From: an uncultured bacterium
GTDB lineage: Bacteria; Krumholzibacteriota; Krumholzibacteriia; JACNKJ01
Direction of reading: 5' to 3'
Length of the DNA stretch: 64,000 nt
NCBI GenBank assembly: GCA_963695095.1
Contig: CAVOFT010000001.1
Span: 896,001 to 960,000, forward strand
In this document: one piece after another, positions 44,914-56,113 of the stretch
How the letters are laid out: each line of letters starts with the position of its first letter
How positions within the stretch are numbered: the stretch's first letter is position 1
Translations under genes and position numbers: made by a program
The notes under the pieces: model-generated
The model's database searches: none
The model's input: the letters and a program-made list of their open reading frames with translations, nothing else
Told to the model about the DNA's origin: nothing

Positions 44914-45766
44914 GTTCGCCTGGCCGGCCGACCTGCCCGCGCCGCTGGCGGCGGCGCTGGCGGAGCTGGCGCCGATCTGGTCCGCGCTGGAGCTGCCGGC
45001 CGGCACGCTGGGGGTGATCCTGGGCAGCGGATTGGGCCCGGCCGCGGACGGATTTCCCGCCCGCTGGAGCCGCGGCTTCGCCGAGCTGGGCCTGCCGGCA
45101 GCCTCCGTGGCGGGGCACGCCGGGCGCCTGATGCTGGCCGCGGGCCCGGGCGCGCCGCTGCTCTTCCTGTCGGGTCGCCTGCACCGCTACGAGGGGCTCG
45201 GCGACCTGCGCGTGCTGCTGCCGGCCGCGGCCATGGCCGCCCTCGGCCTGCGCGGGCTCCTGATCACCAATGCCGCCGGCGGGCTCGATCCCGCCTTCGC
45301 GCCGGGCGACTTCATGCTCATCGAGGACATCCTCAGCACGCAGCTCGCCGATCCCCTGCGCGGGCAGGCCCTGGGCGGCCTGCCCCGGCGCCCGCCGCGC
45401 CGGCCGCTCTTCGATCCTGCCCTCGCGGAAACGCTGGCTGGGGCCGCGACCGCGGCCGGCCTGCGCCTCCACCGCGGCGTGCTGAACTGCGCGCCGGGGC
45501 CGGCCTACGAGACCCGCGCCGAGCTGCGCATGGCCCGGCAGCTCGGCGCCCAGGCGGCCAGCATGTCCACCTTCCCCGAGAGCATGCTGCTGGCGCACTG
45601 GGGCCTGCCGACGGTGGCGCTGAGCTGCATCACCAACGCGATTCCGCCCGAGGGGGCCGAGGCGCCGCCCCTCACCCACGACGAGGTGGTCGAGGTGGGG
45701 CGGAGCGCGGCAGCGGGCTTCGGGCGCTTGCTGGCAGCGCTTTCGGCGGCGCTGGGACCCGGCTAG
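44903..45766 (+). CDS. Purine nucleoside phosphorylase (trimeric type)
   Basis: GVILGSGLG, VAGHAG, GRLHRYEG, TNAAGG, GPAYET, MST.PE, THDEV. Confidence 0.9.
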   Translation: MAAEFAWPADLPAPLAAALAELAPIWSALELPAGTLGVILGSGLGPAADGFPARWSRGFAELGLPAASVAGHAGRLMLAAGPGAPLLFLSGRLHRYEGLGDLRVLLPAAAMAALGLRGLLITNAAGGLDPAFAPGDFMLIEDILSTQLADPLRGQALGGLPRRPPRRPLFDPALAETLAGAATAAGLRLHRGVLNCAPGPAYETRAELRMARQLGAQAASMSTFPESMLLAHWGLPTVALSCITNAIPPEGAEAPPLTHDEVVEVGRSAAAGFGRLLAALSAALGPG

Positions 45767-45883
45767 GGCTGCGGGCGGCCCGCCCCCGGGGGCGGGCCCA
45801 GAGCGAGAACGCCACCGGATCGGGAATTGCAGGCCGTCACAGGGCCTGCGGCCCCCCGCAGGCTCGACCCCTCCTCACGGACT

Positions 45884-45900
45884 TGTACGGTTGGCGTACA
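45884..45900. promoter_or_regulatory. Palindromic operator upstream of TA pair
   Basis: TGTACG-N5-CGTACA, 33 nt before the toxin ATG. Confidence 0.55.
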
Positions 45901-45933
45901 TCGTGCTAACTTCTCTACAGAGCGTGGAGAGGC

Positions 45934-46242
45934 ATGAAGGCCCTGTCGGTGGAGGAGGCCAGGGGTCTGCTCGAGCTGATCAAGCTGGCCGTCATCGCCC
46001 AGAGCTACCGCGAACACTATGAGGACCGGGAGTGGGAGCGGGACTTCGACCGCCAGGACCTCTTCTACCTCATCCACCACGGCAAGATCGACAGCGAGCC
46101 CGAGTACGACCGGGATCACGGCAATTTCAAGGTGAGAATCACCGGCGAGACGGCCGACGGCAGACACACGCGTGTCGCGCTGGGCATCAGGCCCGACCAG
46201 CGCGTCGCCTACGTGATCACGATCATCGGGAAGAAGGGATGA
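45934..46242 (+). CDS. Putative toxin, DUF4258/RelE-superfamily-like
   Basis: 102 aa; HY..REWERDF...G...VRITGETADGR....V....VITI; directly upstream of a Zn-finger/HTH gene. Confidence 0.6.
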   Translation: MKALSVEEARGLLELIKLAVIAQSYREHYEDREWERDFDRQDLFYLIHHGKIDSEPEYDRDHGNFKVRITGETADGRHTRVALGIRPDQRVAYVITIIGKKG

Positions 46243-46249
46243 GCTCGCC

Positions 46250-46822
46250 ATGGCGGACCAGAACTGCCCCCGCTGCGGGGGCCAGAATGTGCGCAATCTG
46301 GTTCTAAGGGACTATCCCTACCGGGGCTGCGGCCTGGACAGCGTGACCTTGAAGAGCGGCGTGACCGAGATCCGATGCGCCGACTGCGGGGGCGCCTTTC
46401 ATGCGATCCCGCGCGAGCGGCAGCTCCTGCAGGTGATCGCGCTCTCCGTGCTCTGGAAGCCGGCGCCCCTCCTGGGGGCTGAATGGAAGTACGTGCGGAA
46501 GGCCTGCGGATTGACTCAGGAGCAGGCGCAACTCGGCCTTGGGCGAGCCCGCCGGGGGACCATCTCCGACTGGGAACGGAAGCGGCCGGCGATCGATCTG
46601 CCCACGGAGATCGGGGCGCGACTCTTTTACCTGCATTCCTTCGAGAAGCGCGTGGGGCGGCCGGAGCACTGCTTCCTCGACAAGATCCACCTGGACCAGC
46701 TCGCGGCGATGCGTGGGTCCTTTGCCGAGCTATACGTGACGCTCATCGGCAAGGAAGCCCAGATCGCGATCGAGTTCTCTGCGGACGAAGCCTGGGTCCC
46801 GGAAGCTCCCAAGGCAGCCTGA
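46250..46822 (+). CDS. MqsA/YgiT-type zinc-finger + HTH antitoxin
   Basis: CPRC...CADC, then VRKACGLTQEQAQLGLG...TISDWER. Confidence 0.75.
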   Translation: MADQNCPRCGGQNVRNLVLRDYPYRGCGLDSVTLKSGVTEIRCADCGGAFHAIPRERQLLQVIALSVLWKPAPLLGAEWKYVRKACGLTQEQAQLGLGRARRGTISDWERKRPAIDLPTEIGARLFYLHSFEKRVGRPEHCFLDKIHLDQLAAMRGSFAELYVTLIGKEAQIAIEFSADEAWVPEAPKAA

Positions 46823-47045
46823 CGGGATCGGTCGGGCTTCGCTCCGCCCCCGGGGGCGGGTCGGGGGCCCGGCGGCGGCGAGAAGCGGCCAATGGGCCCC
46901 TGCGGCTCCCCCGCCCCTGCGCACGGGCCTTGCATGATAGGGTAAAGTTCCTGTGAATTGGGCCTTGCCCCCGCTCCCTCCGGCTCCCTATACTGCCACC
47001 GCTTCTCAAGGATGAGCTATACCGAAGCAATATGAGGTATTGCCC

Positions 47046-48023
47046 ATGTCCTGGCTGCAGCGCGACAAGAAGGGTCTGAAGACCCAACCCCGCCTCGCGC
47101 GCAAGGAAATCCCCGACGGGCTCTGGATGAAGTGCCCCAGTTGCGGGGAGATCCTCTTCCGCCAAGAGCTCGAAAAGAGCAGCTGGGTCTGTGGCCGTTG
47201 CCAGAACCACTTCCGGGTGGCGGCGGACATCTACCTGGGCTTCATGCTCGACGAGGACAGCTTCAGCGAGACTCACACGGGGATCACGAGCCTGGATCCG
47301 CTCGAGTTCAAGGTGGGCGACGAGGCCTACGCGGACAAGCTGAAGGAAGCCCAGGCCAAGAGCGGCATGGACGATGCCGTGATCACGGGCACGGGCGAGG
47401 TCGGCGGCTACGCCGTGACGGTGGCGGTCATGGACTTCAGGTTCATGGGCGGCTCGATGGGCTCGGTGGTGGGCGAGAAGATCGCCCGCGCCATCAAGGA
47501 CAGCCTGGCGAGCGGCCGGCCCCTGATCATCGTGTCGCAGTCCGGCGGCGCGCGCATGCAGGAGTCGATTCTCTCCCTCATGCAGATGGCCAAGACCGCC
47601 GCCCTGCTCGGCCGGCTGCGCCAGAAGGGCGTGCCCTACATCTCGATCCTCACGCACCCGACCACGGGCGGCGTGACGGCCTCCTTCGCGATGCTGGGGG
47701 ATCTGATCCTCGCCGAGCCCAAGGCCCTGATCGGCTTCGCCGGGCCGCGGGTGATCCAGCAGACGATCAACGCCGAGCTGCCCGAGGGCTTCCAGACGGC
47801 CGAGTTCCTCGAGGAGCACGGCCAGGTGGACCGCGTGGTCGGCCGGCCCGAGCTACGGCGGGTGCTCGCCCAGAGCCTGCGCTTCTTCTCGCAGGAGCGG
47901 CGGGTCGTGCCGCGGGCCGAGACGCAGGGGCCGCCGCGGGCGGCCCTGCCCGGCGCGGAGCTGCCCCGCATGCTCAAGCGGGCCAGCGGCTATCCCTTCG
48001 TGGCCGACGACGACAGCGCCTAG
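47046..48023 (+). CDS. accD: Acetyl-CoA carboxylase carboxyltransferase beta subunit
   Basis: PDGLWMKCPSC, DFRFMGGSMGSVVGEK, SGGARMQE, PTTGGVTASFA, GFAGPRVI. Confidence 0.97.
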   Translation: MSWLQRDKKGLKTQPRLARKEIPDGLWMKCPSCGEILFRQELEKSSWVCGRCQNHFRVAADIYLGFMLDEDSFSETHTGITSLDPLEFKVGDEAYADKLKEAQAKSGMDDAVITGTGEVGGYAVTVAVMDFRFMGGSMGSVVGEKIARAIKDSLASGRPLIIVSQSGGARMQESILSLMQMAKTAALLGRLRQKGVPYISILTHPTTGGVTASFAMLGDLILAEPKALIGFAGPRVIQQTINAELPEGFQTAEFLEEHGQVDRVVGRPELRRVLAQSLRFFSQERRVVPRAETQGPPRAALPGAELPRMLKRASGYPFVADDDSA

Positions 48024-48029
48024 CGCGCC

Positions 48030-49442
48030 ATGGGCGACCCCCCAGTCGAGACCGGCCAGCCCGGCCGCCGCTTCGACTTTCCCGAATCCCCGCTGACCCC
48101 GCCCAGCACCGAGACGGAGCGCTGGCTCTACTCGCTCACGCGCTTCGGCATGAAGCCGGGGCTCGCCAATATCCAGGCCCTGGCGGCGCGTTTCGGGGAC
48201 CCGCAGCGCTCGCTGCGCTTTCTGCACGTGGCCGGCACCAACGGCAAGGGCTCGGTCTGCCTCATGCTCGAGCGGCAGCTCCGCGCGGCGGGCTACTCGA
48301 CCGGGCTCTTCACCAGTCCCCACCTGCTGCACGTCGGCGAGCGCCTGCGCGTGGACGGCGTGGCCCTGGACGACGCGGGCGTGGGCGCGCTGGTGGAGCG
48401 CGTGGCGCCGGCGGTGAGCGAGCGCGAGGCCACCTTCTTCGAGGCGATCACGCTGATGGGCCTGCTCCACTTCGCCGAGCGCGGCGTCGACTGGGTGCTC
48501 TGGGAGACGGGCCTCGGCGGGCGGCTGGACTCCACGCGCATCGCCGCGGCCGAGGCGGCGCTGGTGACGCGGCGTGTCGCTGGACCACAGCCCCTACCTG
48601 GGCAGCGACCTGGCGGGGATCGCCCGCGAGAAGCTGGCCATCGGCCGGCCGGGGCGGCCGCTGTACTCGGCGATCGCGCAGCCGGAGCTGCGCGCGGTGG
48701 CGCGGGAGATGGCGGCGACCGACGGGCTTCGAGCTGGTGGAGCGGGATGTGGCATTGGCCTGGCGACTCGAGGGCCCGAGCTGGTGGTTGAGGGCGCGGC
48801 GACTGCCCCTGCGGCGGGTCTAGCCGCGGGCGGCGCCTCAGGCTGCCACCGCGGGCTCGAACGCGGCGACATCGGCCGCGACCGCCCTGGCCGGGCGCTA
48901 CCCGCTGCCGGGCTTGGCCGATGTGCAGGCAGGCAATGCGGCGCTGGCCCTGCTTGCGCTGGCTGATCTGGGCGCGCGGCGGGGCGAGCGGCTGTTGCCC
49001 GCCGATCCCGGCGCTGCGCTGGCGGCCACCGCGCTGCCGGCGCGCTTTCACCGGTTGCCGGGCGCGCCCCTGCGCGTGATCGACGGCGCGCACAACCCCG
49101 AGGCCCTGCGCCTCACGCTCGGGGCCTGGCTGCGCCTGCTGGCGGACGGAGGGCCTGCCGGCCGGGCAGGCCTGCGTCGTCTTCGGCTGCATGGCGGACA
49201 AGGAGATCGAGCCGATGCTGGCCTCGCTGGCGGCGTGCCCCTGCCGGGTGATCCTGACGGCGGCGCGGCAGCCGCGCGCGATGTCCCCGGCGGCGCTGGC
49301 CGAGCGGGCAGGCGAGGCAGCGGCCCGCTGGGAGGGCGCGCCGGATCTGGCGGCGGCGCTGGCCGCTGCCGGCGAAGCGCCAACCCTCGTCACGGGATCG
49401 TTCTATCTGGCGGGGGAGCCTACCTCGATCTTGGTCCTGTAG
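48030..49442 (+). CDS. folC: Folylpolyglutamate/dihydrofolate synthase (several frameshifts)
   Basis: HVAGTNGKGS, FTSPHL, ETGLGGRLDST, SLDH..YLG...IAREK, IDGAHNP, VTGSFYLAG across frames. Confidence 0.92.
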
Positions 49443-49632
49443 TCGGTGGAGTGCTGAACGATGAAGCCGTCCGGGATCACTGCATGAGTTCGCAATGCTC
49501 GACCGTGCTCATGCGGACCGAGAAATCAATGCGAGCTCGATTCCGGGCAAGGCGATCCTGGCGGTCATGCGGCCCCCTGCAAGCTGGCGGCTCGATGTCC
49601 AGGTTAGTCGCGTGACGGGGATGCTGCTGCAA

Positions 49633-50370
49633 TCAAGGGTTCAGCTTCCCTTCCTCGCCGACCTCCCATCGGAACGGGTTGAAGTTCGTGCCGCGGTCGT
49701 AGACGTCCACGCCTTCGCGACGCTTCAGCGCGCCGACCACCCAGTAGGTGACAGGCGTGAGCAGCACCTCCACGCCGCACTTGAAGAGGTAGTTGGTCAC
49801 GACCAGCGGCACCCACAGCGCGGGGATGAACCCGGGTACGCCTAGCAACGTGGCAATGGAAACGAACAAGACCGTGTCCAGCCCCTCGCCCACCAGCGTG
49901 CTGCCGATGGTGCGCGTCCAGAGCCAGCGCCCGCGCGTGGCGATCTTCATCTTGGCGAGCACGAAGGAGTTGGCGAACTCGCCGCCGAAGTAGGCGACGA
50001 GGCTGGCCAGCACGATGGCGCCCGAGCTGACGCCGCCCAGGATGGCCCGGAAACGCTCGTCGCCCACGGCCGTGCGCCAGCTCGCCTCGCCGGGCAGCCA
50101 GCCGACCAGCCAGAGCATTCCGCTCATCAGCGCCGCGGCCAGGAAGCCCAGCCAGATCACGCGGCGGCTCCTCCGATAGCCGTAGACCTCCGTGAGCAGG
50201 TCCCCGAACAGGTAGCTCAGCGGAAAGAGCAGCGTGCCCGCGTCGAAGATGAGCGGCAGGCCGAAGAGCGAAGTGCCCCAGTCGATGATCTTCGCCGACG
50301 AGGCGATGTTGCTGACCAGCAGCACCGTCACGAAGAGCGCCACGAGCAGGTCGAAGTAGCGGTAGCGCAC
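49633..50370 (-). CDS. yhhQ: Queuosine precursor transporter (YhhQ/VUT family)
   Basis: LLVSNIASSAK, FPLSYLFGDLLTEVYGY, ASLVAY, RTIGSTLVGEGLDT, FNPF. Confidence 0.9.
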   Translation of the reverse strand: MRYRYFDLLVALFVTVLLVSNIASSAKIIDWGTSLFGLPLIFDAGTLLFPLSYLFGDLLTEVYGYRRSRRVIWLGFLAAALMSGMLWLVGWLPGEASWRTAVGDERFRAILGGVSSGAIVLASLVAYFGGEFANSFVLAKMKIATRGRWLWTRTIGSTLVGEGLDTVLFVSIATLLGVPGFIPALWVPLVVTNYLFKCGVEVLLTPVTYWVVGALKRREGVDVYDRGTNFNPFRWEVGEEGKLNP

Positions 50371-50378
50371 GGCGCCTC

Positions 50379-51078
<700 letters not shown>

Positions 51079-51086
<8 letters not shown>

Positions 51087-51873
51087 TGCTCGCCTCCGGG
51101 CCCAGGTAGGCCTCGATCACCTTCGGGTCGCGCCGGATCTCGGCCGGGCTGCCCTCGGCGATCTTCACCCCGTAGTCGAGCACGGCCACGCGCTCGCAGA
51201 TGCCCATCACCACGCGCATGTCGTGCTCCACGAGCAGCACGGCCAGGGCGAACTCCGCGCGGATCTTCCGGATCAGCGCCATCAGCGCGTCCGTCTCCTG
51301 CGGGTTCATGCCGGCGGCCGGCTCGTCGAGCAGCAGGAGCCGCGGCCCCGTGGCCAGGGCCCGCGCCATTTCCAGCCGCCGCTGCAGGCCGTAGGGCAGC
51401 ATGGCCGCCCGCCAGTCGGCGTAGCGGGCAAGATCCATGAGCGCCAGCACCTCGCGGGCCCGCGCCTCGATGGCCGCCTCCTCGTGCGCATGGCCCGCCG
51501 TGCGCAGCACCGCCGCCAGCACGCCATTCTTGGCGCCCTGGTGGCAGGCGATGCGCGCATTGTCCAGCACGCTGAGCGCCCCGAAGAGGCGGATGTTCTG
51601 GAAGGTGCGCGCCACGCCCAGCCGTGCGATCAGGTGGGAAGGCCGCCCGCCGATGGACTCTCCCGCCAGCAGCACACGGCCCGCGGTGGGGGCATAGATG
51701 CCCGTGATCGCGTTGAAGACCGTCGTCTTGCCGGCGCCGTTGGGGCCGATCAGGCCGACCAGCTCGCCCGCGCCCACCGTGAGGTCGAGATCCGCCACGG
51801 CCTTGAGCCCGCCGAAGGCGATGGTCAGCCCCTCGATCCGGAGGATCGGCGCGGCGCCGGCGCCCGCGCTCAC
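51079..51873 (-). CDS. livG: Branched-chain amino acid ABC transporter ATPase
   Basis: GPNGAGKTT, RTFQNIRLF, LPYG.QRRLE, LDEPAAG, VEHDM. Confidence 0.95.
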
Positions 51874-52892
51874 GACCCGCCCCCGGGGGCGGACGCGCGC
51901 TTGCCCGGCCAGATCCGGCGCAGCATGGCGCGCGGGTTCGGCTCACCGGCGCCGAAGATGCCCTGCGGGCGCAGCAGCATCAGCAGGATGAGCATCAGCG
52001 AGTAGATCACCATGCGGTAGGCCTTGATCGGGCGCAGGAACTCCGGCAGCAGGGTCAGCAAGATGGCCGCCGACACCGAGCCCGTGATCGAGCCCATGCC
52101 GCCGAGCACCACCATGATCACCACCTCGAAGCTCTTGAGAAAGCCGAAGCTGTTCGTGTTGAGATAGCGCAGGTAGTGCCCGAAGAGCGACCCCGCCATG
52201 CCGGCGAAGGCCGCGCCCACGGTGAAAGCCAGCACCTTGTAGCGCGTGGTCGGCACGCCGAGGCTCTCGGCGGCCACCTCGTCCTCGCGTACGGCCAGCA
52301 GCGCTCGCCCGTGGCGCGAGCGCACCAGGTTCCAGTTCACGATGAGCGTCACGCCCACGAGCAGGTAGACCCAGAAGAAGCTCGTGTAGCCGGGGATGTT
52401 GTTCAGCCCCCGCGCGCCGCCCACGGCCTCGATGTTGAGGATGACCACGCGGATGATCTCGCCCAGCCCCAGCGTGGCAATGGCGAGGTAATCGCCGCGC
52501 AGGCGCAGCGTGGGAATGCCGATGAGCAGCCCCGCGAGCGCCGCTGACGCGCCGCCGATGGCGAGCCCGGCGAGCAGCATCAGCGCCGCGCCGGCGCCGG
52601 GCTCGGCGGGCGTCGCTCCCAGCGCGCCCAAGATCCTGGGTCCCGCCTGTATGGCGAAGTAGCCGCTCGTGTAGCCGCCGATGGCCATGAAGCCCGCGTG
52701 CCCCAGCGAGAACTGCCCCGTGAAGCCGTTGATCAGGTTCAGGCTCACGGCGAGCATGATGTTGATGCCGCAGAGGATCATCAGCCGCTCGGCGTAGGGG
52801 TTGATCACGCGGGGGAAGATCTTCCCGAGCAGGAAGAGCAGGGCGAGCAGCCCGATGGACAGCGCCAGACGCCTGGCGAAGGCCCCGCGCAT
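51870..52892 (-). CDS. livM: Branched-chain amino acid ABC transporter permease
   Basis: SLNLINGFTGQFSLGHAGF, LRLRGDYLAIATLG, VVLGGMGS. Confidence 0.94.
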   Translation of the reverse strand: MRGAFARRLALSIGLLALLFLLGKIFPRVINPYAERLMILCGINIMLAVSLNLINGFTGQFSLGHAGFMAIGGYTSGYFAIQAGPRILGALGATPAEPGAGAALMLLAGLAIGGASAALAGLLIGIPTLRLRGDYLAIATLGLGEIIRVVILNIEAVGGARGLNNIPGYTSFFWVYLLVGVTLIVNWNLVRSRHGRALLAVREDEVAAESLGVPTTRYKVLAFTVGAAFAGMAGSLFGHYLRYLNTNSFGFLKSFEVVIMVVLGGMGSITGSVSAAILLTLLPEFLRPIKAYRMVIYSLMLILLMLLRPQGIFGAGEPNPRAMLRRIWPGKRASAPGGGS

Positions 52893-53797
52893 CAGACCTT
52901 CTCCGCCACCGCGCGGCCGAGCAGGCCCGCCGGCCGCACGAGCAGGATAATGATGAGCAGCGCGAAGGCGATGGCATCGCGGTAGGTGGAGGAGACGTAG
53001 CCCGAGACCAGCGTCTCGGCCAGGCCCAGCACCAGCCCGCCGATCATGGCGCCGGGGATATTGCCGATGCCGCCCAGCACCGCGGCCACGAAGGCCTTCA
53101 GGCCCGGGATCAGGCCCATCAAGGGGTCGATGCGCGGCGTGGACAGGGCCACCAGCACGCCCGCCGCCGCGGCCAGCGCCGAGCCCAGCGCGAAGGTGAA
53201 GGTGATGATGCGATCCGTGGGAATGCCCATCAGGCTCGCCGCATCGCGGTTGAAGGAGAGCGCGCGCATCGCCCGCCCCACGCGGCTCTTGTAGACCACG
53301 AGGCTGAGCGCCACCATGAGCACGAGTGCCCCGCCCAGCACGAGGAGCTGGTGGCTGGTGGTCAGCGCACCGCCCGGCAGTTGCACCGAGCGGCTGGCGA
53401 GGATCTGCGGGAAGAACTTGGGGTCGGCGCCGAACACGAGAATGCCCGCGTTCTCGAGGAAGAGGGAGACGCCGATGGCCGTGATCAGCACCGTGAGCCG
53501 CGGCTGGCGCCGGAGCGGCTTGTAGGCCAGCCGCTCGATGACGATGCCGAGCAGGGCCGCCCCTGCCATCGCGCCGAGGATCACCAGCAGCGCGGCCAGG
53601 GGCGTGGCGCCGCCGCCGGACATGCCGAGGGCCGCCACCAGGTAGTAGGCGATGTAGGCGCCCACCATGTACACGTCGCCGTGGGCGAAGTTGATGAAGC
53701 GCAGGATGCCGTAGACCATCGTGTAGCCCAGGGCGATCAGCGCGTAGATGCTGCCCCAGGTGATGCCGTTGACGAGCTGCTGGAGAAGCTCCTGCAC
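52892..53797 (-). CDS. livH: Branched-chain amino acid ABC transporter permease
   Basis: GSIYALIALGYTMVYG, INFAHG, KAFVAAVLGGIG, RPAGLLG. Confidence 0.95.
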   Translation of the reverse strand: MQELLQQLVNGITWGSIYALIALGYTMVYGILRFINFAHGDVYMVGAYIAYYLVAALGMSGGGATPLAALLVILGAMAGAALLGIVIERLAYKPLRRQPRLTVLITAIGVSLFLENAGILVFGADPKFFPQILASRSVQLPGGALTTSHQLLVLGGALVLMVALSLVVYKSRVGRAMRALSFNRDAASLMGIPTDRIITFTFALGSALAAAAGVLVALSTPRIDPLMGLIPGLKAFVAAVLGGIGNIPGAMIGGLVLGLAETLVSGYVSSTYRDAIAFALLIIILLVRPAGLLGRAVAEKV

Positions 53798-53800
53798 GCC

Positions 53801-55003
53801 CTAGCTCCCCATGCGCTCGCGGAAGCGCAGCTGCCCGTCCCTCACTTCGAGCACCACGGCCGGCTTCTGGGCGTTGCGTGCGGCATCCAGGCTGATCGTG
53901 CCGGTGACGCCGGGAAAGTCCTGGGTGCCGGCGATCAGGTCGCGCAGGCGCGCGCGTGCCGCCGCGCTGGCCTCCGCGTCGCCTCCGGTGAGCGCGGCGA
54001 AGCCCGCGGCGTCCACCTCGTGGAGCCGGCGCAGGCAGTGCACGAGCAGGCGCATGGCGTCATAGCCGAGGGCGGCCATCGCGTCGGGCGCCTCGCCGTA
54101 GCGCGTGCGGTAGCTGCCGACGAAGTTCTGCACCAGGGGGCTCGGATCCTCCACCGAGTAGTGGTTGCTCAGGAAGCAGCCCTCCAGGGCGCCGCTCGCA
54201 ATCTCGAGGAGCTTGGGCGAGTCCCAGCCGTCGCCGCCCAGGAGCGGGCCCGTGTAGCCCAGTTCGCGGGCCTGCCGCGCGATCAGCCCCACCTCGGTGT
54301 AGTAGCCCGGCACGAAGAGCGCCTCGGGCTTGCCGGCGATCAATGCCGTGAGCGGCGCCTTGAAGTCCACGTCCCCCTGCTGATAGCTCTCGTCGCCCGT
54401 GATCACGCCGCCCTGGCGCACGAACTCCGCGCGGAAGAAACCGGCCAGGCCCACCGAGTAGTCGCTCTTGACGTCGCGCAGCACGGCCACGCGCGTGAGG
54501 CCCAGCGACTGGCCGGCGAAGCGCGCCATCACGGTGCCCTGGAAGGGGTCGATGAAGCAGATGCGGAAGATGTAGTCGCCCACCTCGGTCACCGCCGGGT
54601 TCGTGGAGGCCGGCGTGATCATCGGCACCTTGGCCTCCTGGCAGATCGGCGCCGCCGCCAGGGAGTTCGAGCTGGCCACCTCGCCGAGCACGGCCGCCAC
54701 GCGATCCTGCACGATGAGCTTGTTCACCGCCGTGGCCGCCTCCTCGGGCCGGCCCTGGTTGTCCTCGGTGATCACGGTGATCGGCAAGCCGGCGACGCCG
54801 CCGGCCGCGTTGGCCTCGTCGAGGGCCATCTCCACGCCGTGGTGCTGGGAGGTGCCGAAGGTCGCCTTGTCCCCTGTGAGGGAGCCGTATTCCCCGATCT
54901 TGAGCCGGCCGCTCTCCTTGCCGCAGCCGCCGGCGAGCGCGAGGGCGATGAGCAGCGCGAGGAGCGCGGAAAGCTGCCGGCGGGGCCGCGACAAGCTGGG
55001 CAC
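53801..55003 (-). CDS. livK: Branched-chain amino acid ABC transporter substrate-binding lipoprotein
   Basis: LAGGC lipobox, SLTG..A.FG, STNP.VT, FRICFIDPFQG, GGDGWDS. Confidence 0.9.
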   Translation of the reverse strand: MPSLSRPRRQLSALLALLIALALAGGCGKESGRLKIGEYGSLTGDKATFGTSQHHGVEMALDEANAAGGVAGLPITVITEDNQGRPEEAATAVNKLIVQDRVAAVLGEVASSNSLAAAPICQEAKVPMITPASTNPAVTEVGDYIFRICFIDPFQGTVMARFAGQSLGLTRVAVLRDVKSDYSVGLAGFFRAEFVRQGGVITGDESYQQGDVDFKAPLTALIAGKPEALFVPGYYTEVGLIARQARELGYTGPLLGGDGWDSPKLLEIASGALEGCFLSNHYSVEDPSPLVQNFVGSYRTRYGEAPDAMAALGYDAMRLLVHCLRRLHEVDAAGFAALTGGDAEASAAARARLRDLIAGTQDFPGVTGTISLDAARNAQKPAVVLEVRDGQLRFRERMGS

Positions 55004-55110
55004 GCGGGGCCTCCTTGGCGAGGGGATTGCTAGGCTAACTCGTTGAAATCAGAGCGGAAGCTAGCACCGCTCGGCAGGGGCGGTCAATGCCCAAGGGCGG
55101 CGGTTCTCCC

Positions 55111-55138
55111 TCAAGAGCCCCGCGGCGGCTGCCGATAG
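55111..55138 (+). promoter_or_regulatory. Sigma28/FliA-like promoter of motAB
   Basis: TCAAG-N15-GCCGATAG upstream of motA. Confidence 0.55.
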
Positions 55139-55225
55139 CCATCAGGACGAGACGGGGCGCGCGGCCTGGCCGCAGCGCCAGCGGTTTCGCATCGACAACC
55201 TCTTGCGAAGGACCAGCTGCCGAGC

Positions 55226-56089
55226 ATGTTGGCGATCATCGGAGTCCTCGTCGTCATCTTCTCCGTGGTGGGAGGCTACGCGCTCACGCACGGGCCCTTC
55301 CGCGTCCTCTATCAGCCGGCGGAGCTGATCATCATCATCGGCGCCGCCCTGGGCATCGTCCTGCTCGGCTCGCCGCCCAAGGTGCTCAAGCATCTGTTGC
55401 GGGCCCTGCCCGTGGTCTTCAAGGGCTCGCCCTACACCAAGAACACCTACCTCGAGCTGCTCAAGATGCAGTTCGAGGTGTTCTCGAAGATCCGCAAGGG
55501 CGGTCTGCTGGCCATGGAAGAGGACGTCGGCGACCCCTACAACAGCGCCATCTTCAAGAGCTACCCCCATTTTATCGCCAATCCGGCGGCGGTGCACTTC
55601 TTCTGCGACTCGATGAAGCTACTCATCGACGGCACCGACGTGGGCGAGGTCGAGCACATCATGCAGTCCGACCTGGCCACGCAGCAGGAGGAAGGAAGCC
55701 TGCCGGCCAGCGTGCTGATGGCCGTGGGCGACGCCATGCCGGGCCTGGGCATCGTCGCGGCCGTGCTCGGCATCATCGTGACGATGCAGAAGCTGGACGG
55801 CCCGCCCGAGGAACTCGGCGCGCACGTGGCCGCGGCGCTGGTGGGCACCTTCCTCGGCATCCTCGTGTCCTACGGCTTCTTCCAGCCCCTGGGCACCGCG
55901 GTCGGGTCCCTCGCCCGCGACGAGCACAAGTATCTCCAGTGCATGATGATCGGCTTGAGCAGCTCCACGGGCGGCACCTCGCCGGGCACCTCGGTCGAGC
56001 AGGCGCGCCGCGTGATCTACGCCGCCGACCGGCCCACTCCCGAGGAGCTGGAGACGGCCATCAACGAGCTGAAGACGGCCAAGGCCTAG
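55226..56089 (+). CDS. motA: Flagellar-type stator protein MotA
   Basis: QPAELIIIIGA, RKGGLLAME, GDAMPGLGIVAAVLG, AALVGTFLGILVSYG. Confidence 0.95.
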   Translation: MLAIIGVLVVIFSVVGGYALTHGPFRVLYQPAELIIIIGAALGIVLLGSPPKVLKHLLRALPVVFKGSPYTKNTYLELLKMQFEVFSKIRKGGLLAMEEDVGDPYNSAIFKSYPHFIANPAAVHFFCDSMKLLIDGTDVGEVEHIMQSDLATQQEEGSLPASVLMAVGDAMPGLGIVAAVLGIIVTMQKLDGPPEELGAHVAAALVGTFLGILVSYGFFQPLGTAVGSLARDEHKYLQCMMIGLSSSTGGTSPGTSVEQARRVIYAADRPTPEELETAINELKTAKA

Positions 56090-56113
56090 CGCGCCCGGGG
56101 CGATTGGGGAGTC

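Noticed and set aside
49443..49632. Lower-GC gap between folC and yhhQ as possible ncRNA or element remnant
   Set aside because: No convincing ORF, repeat or structure recognisable by eye.
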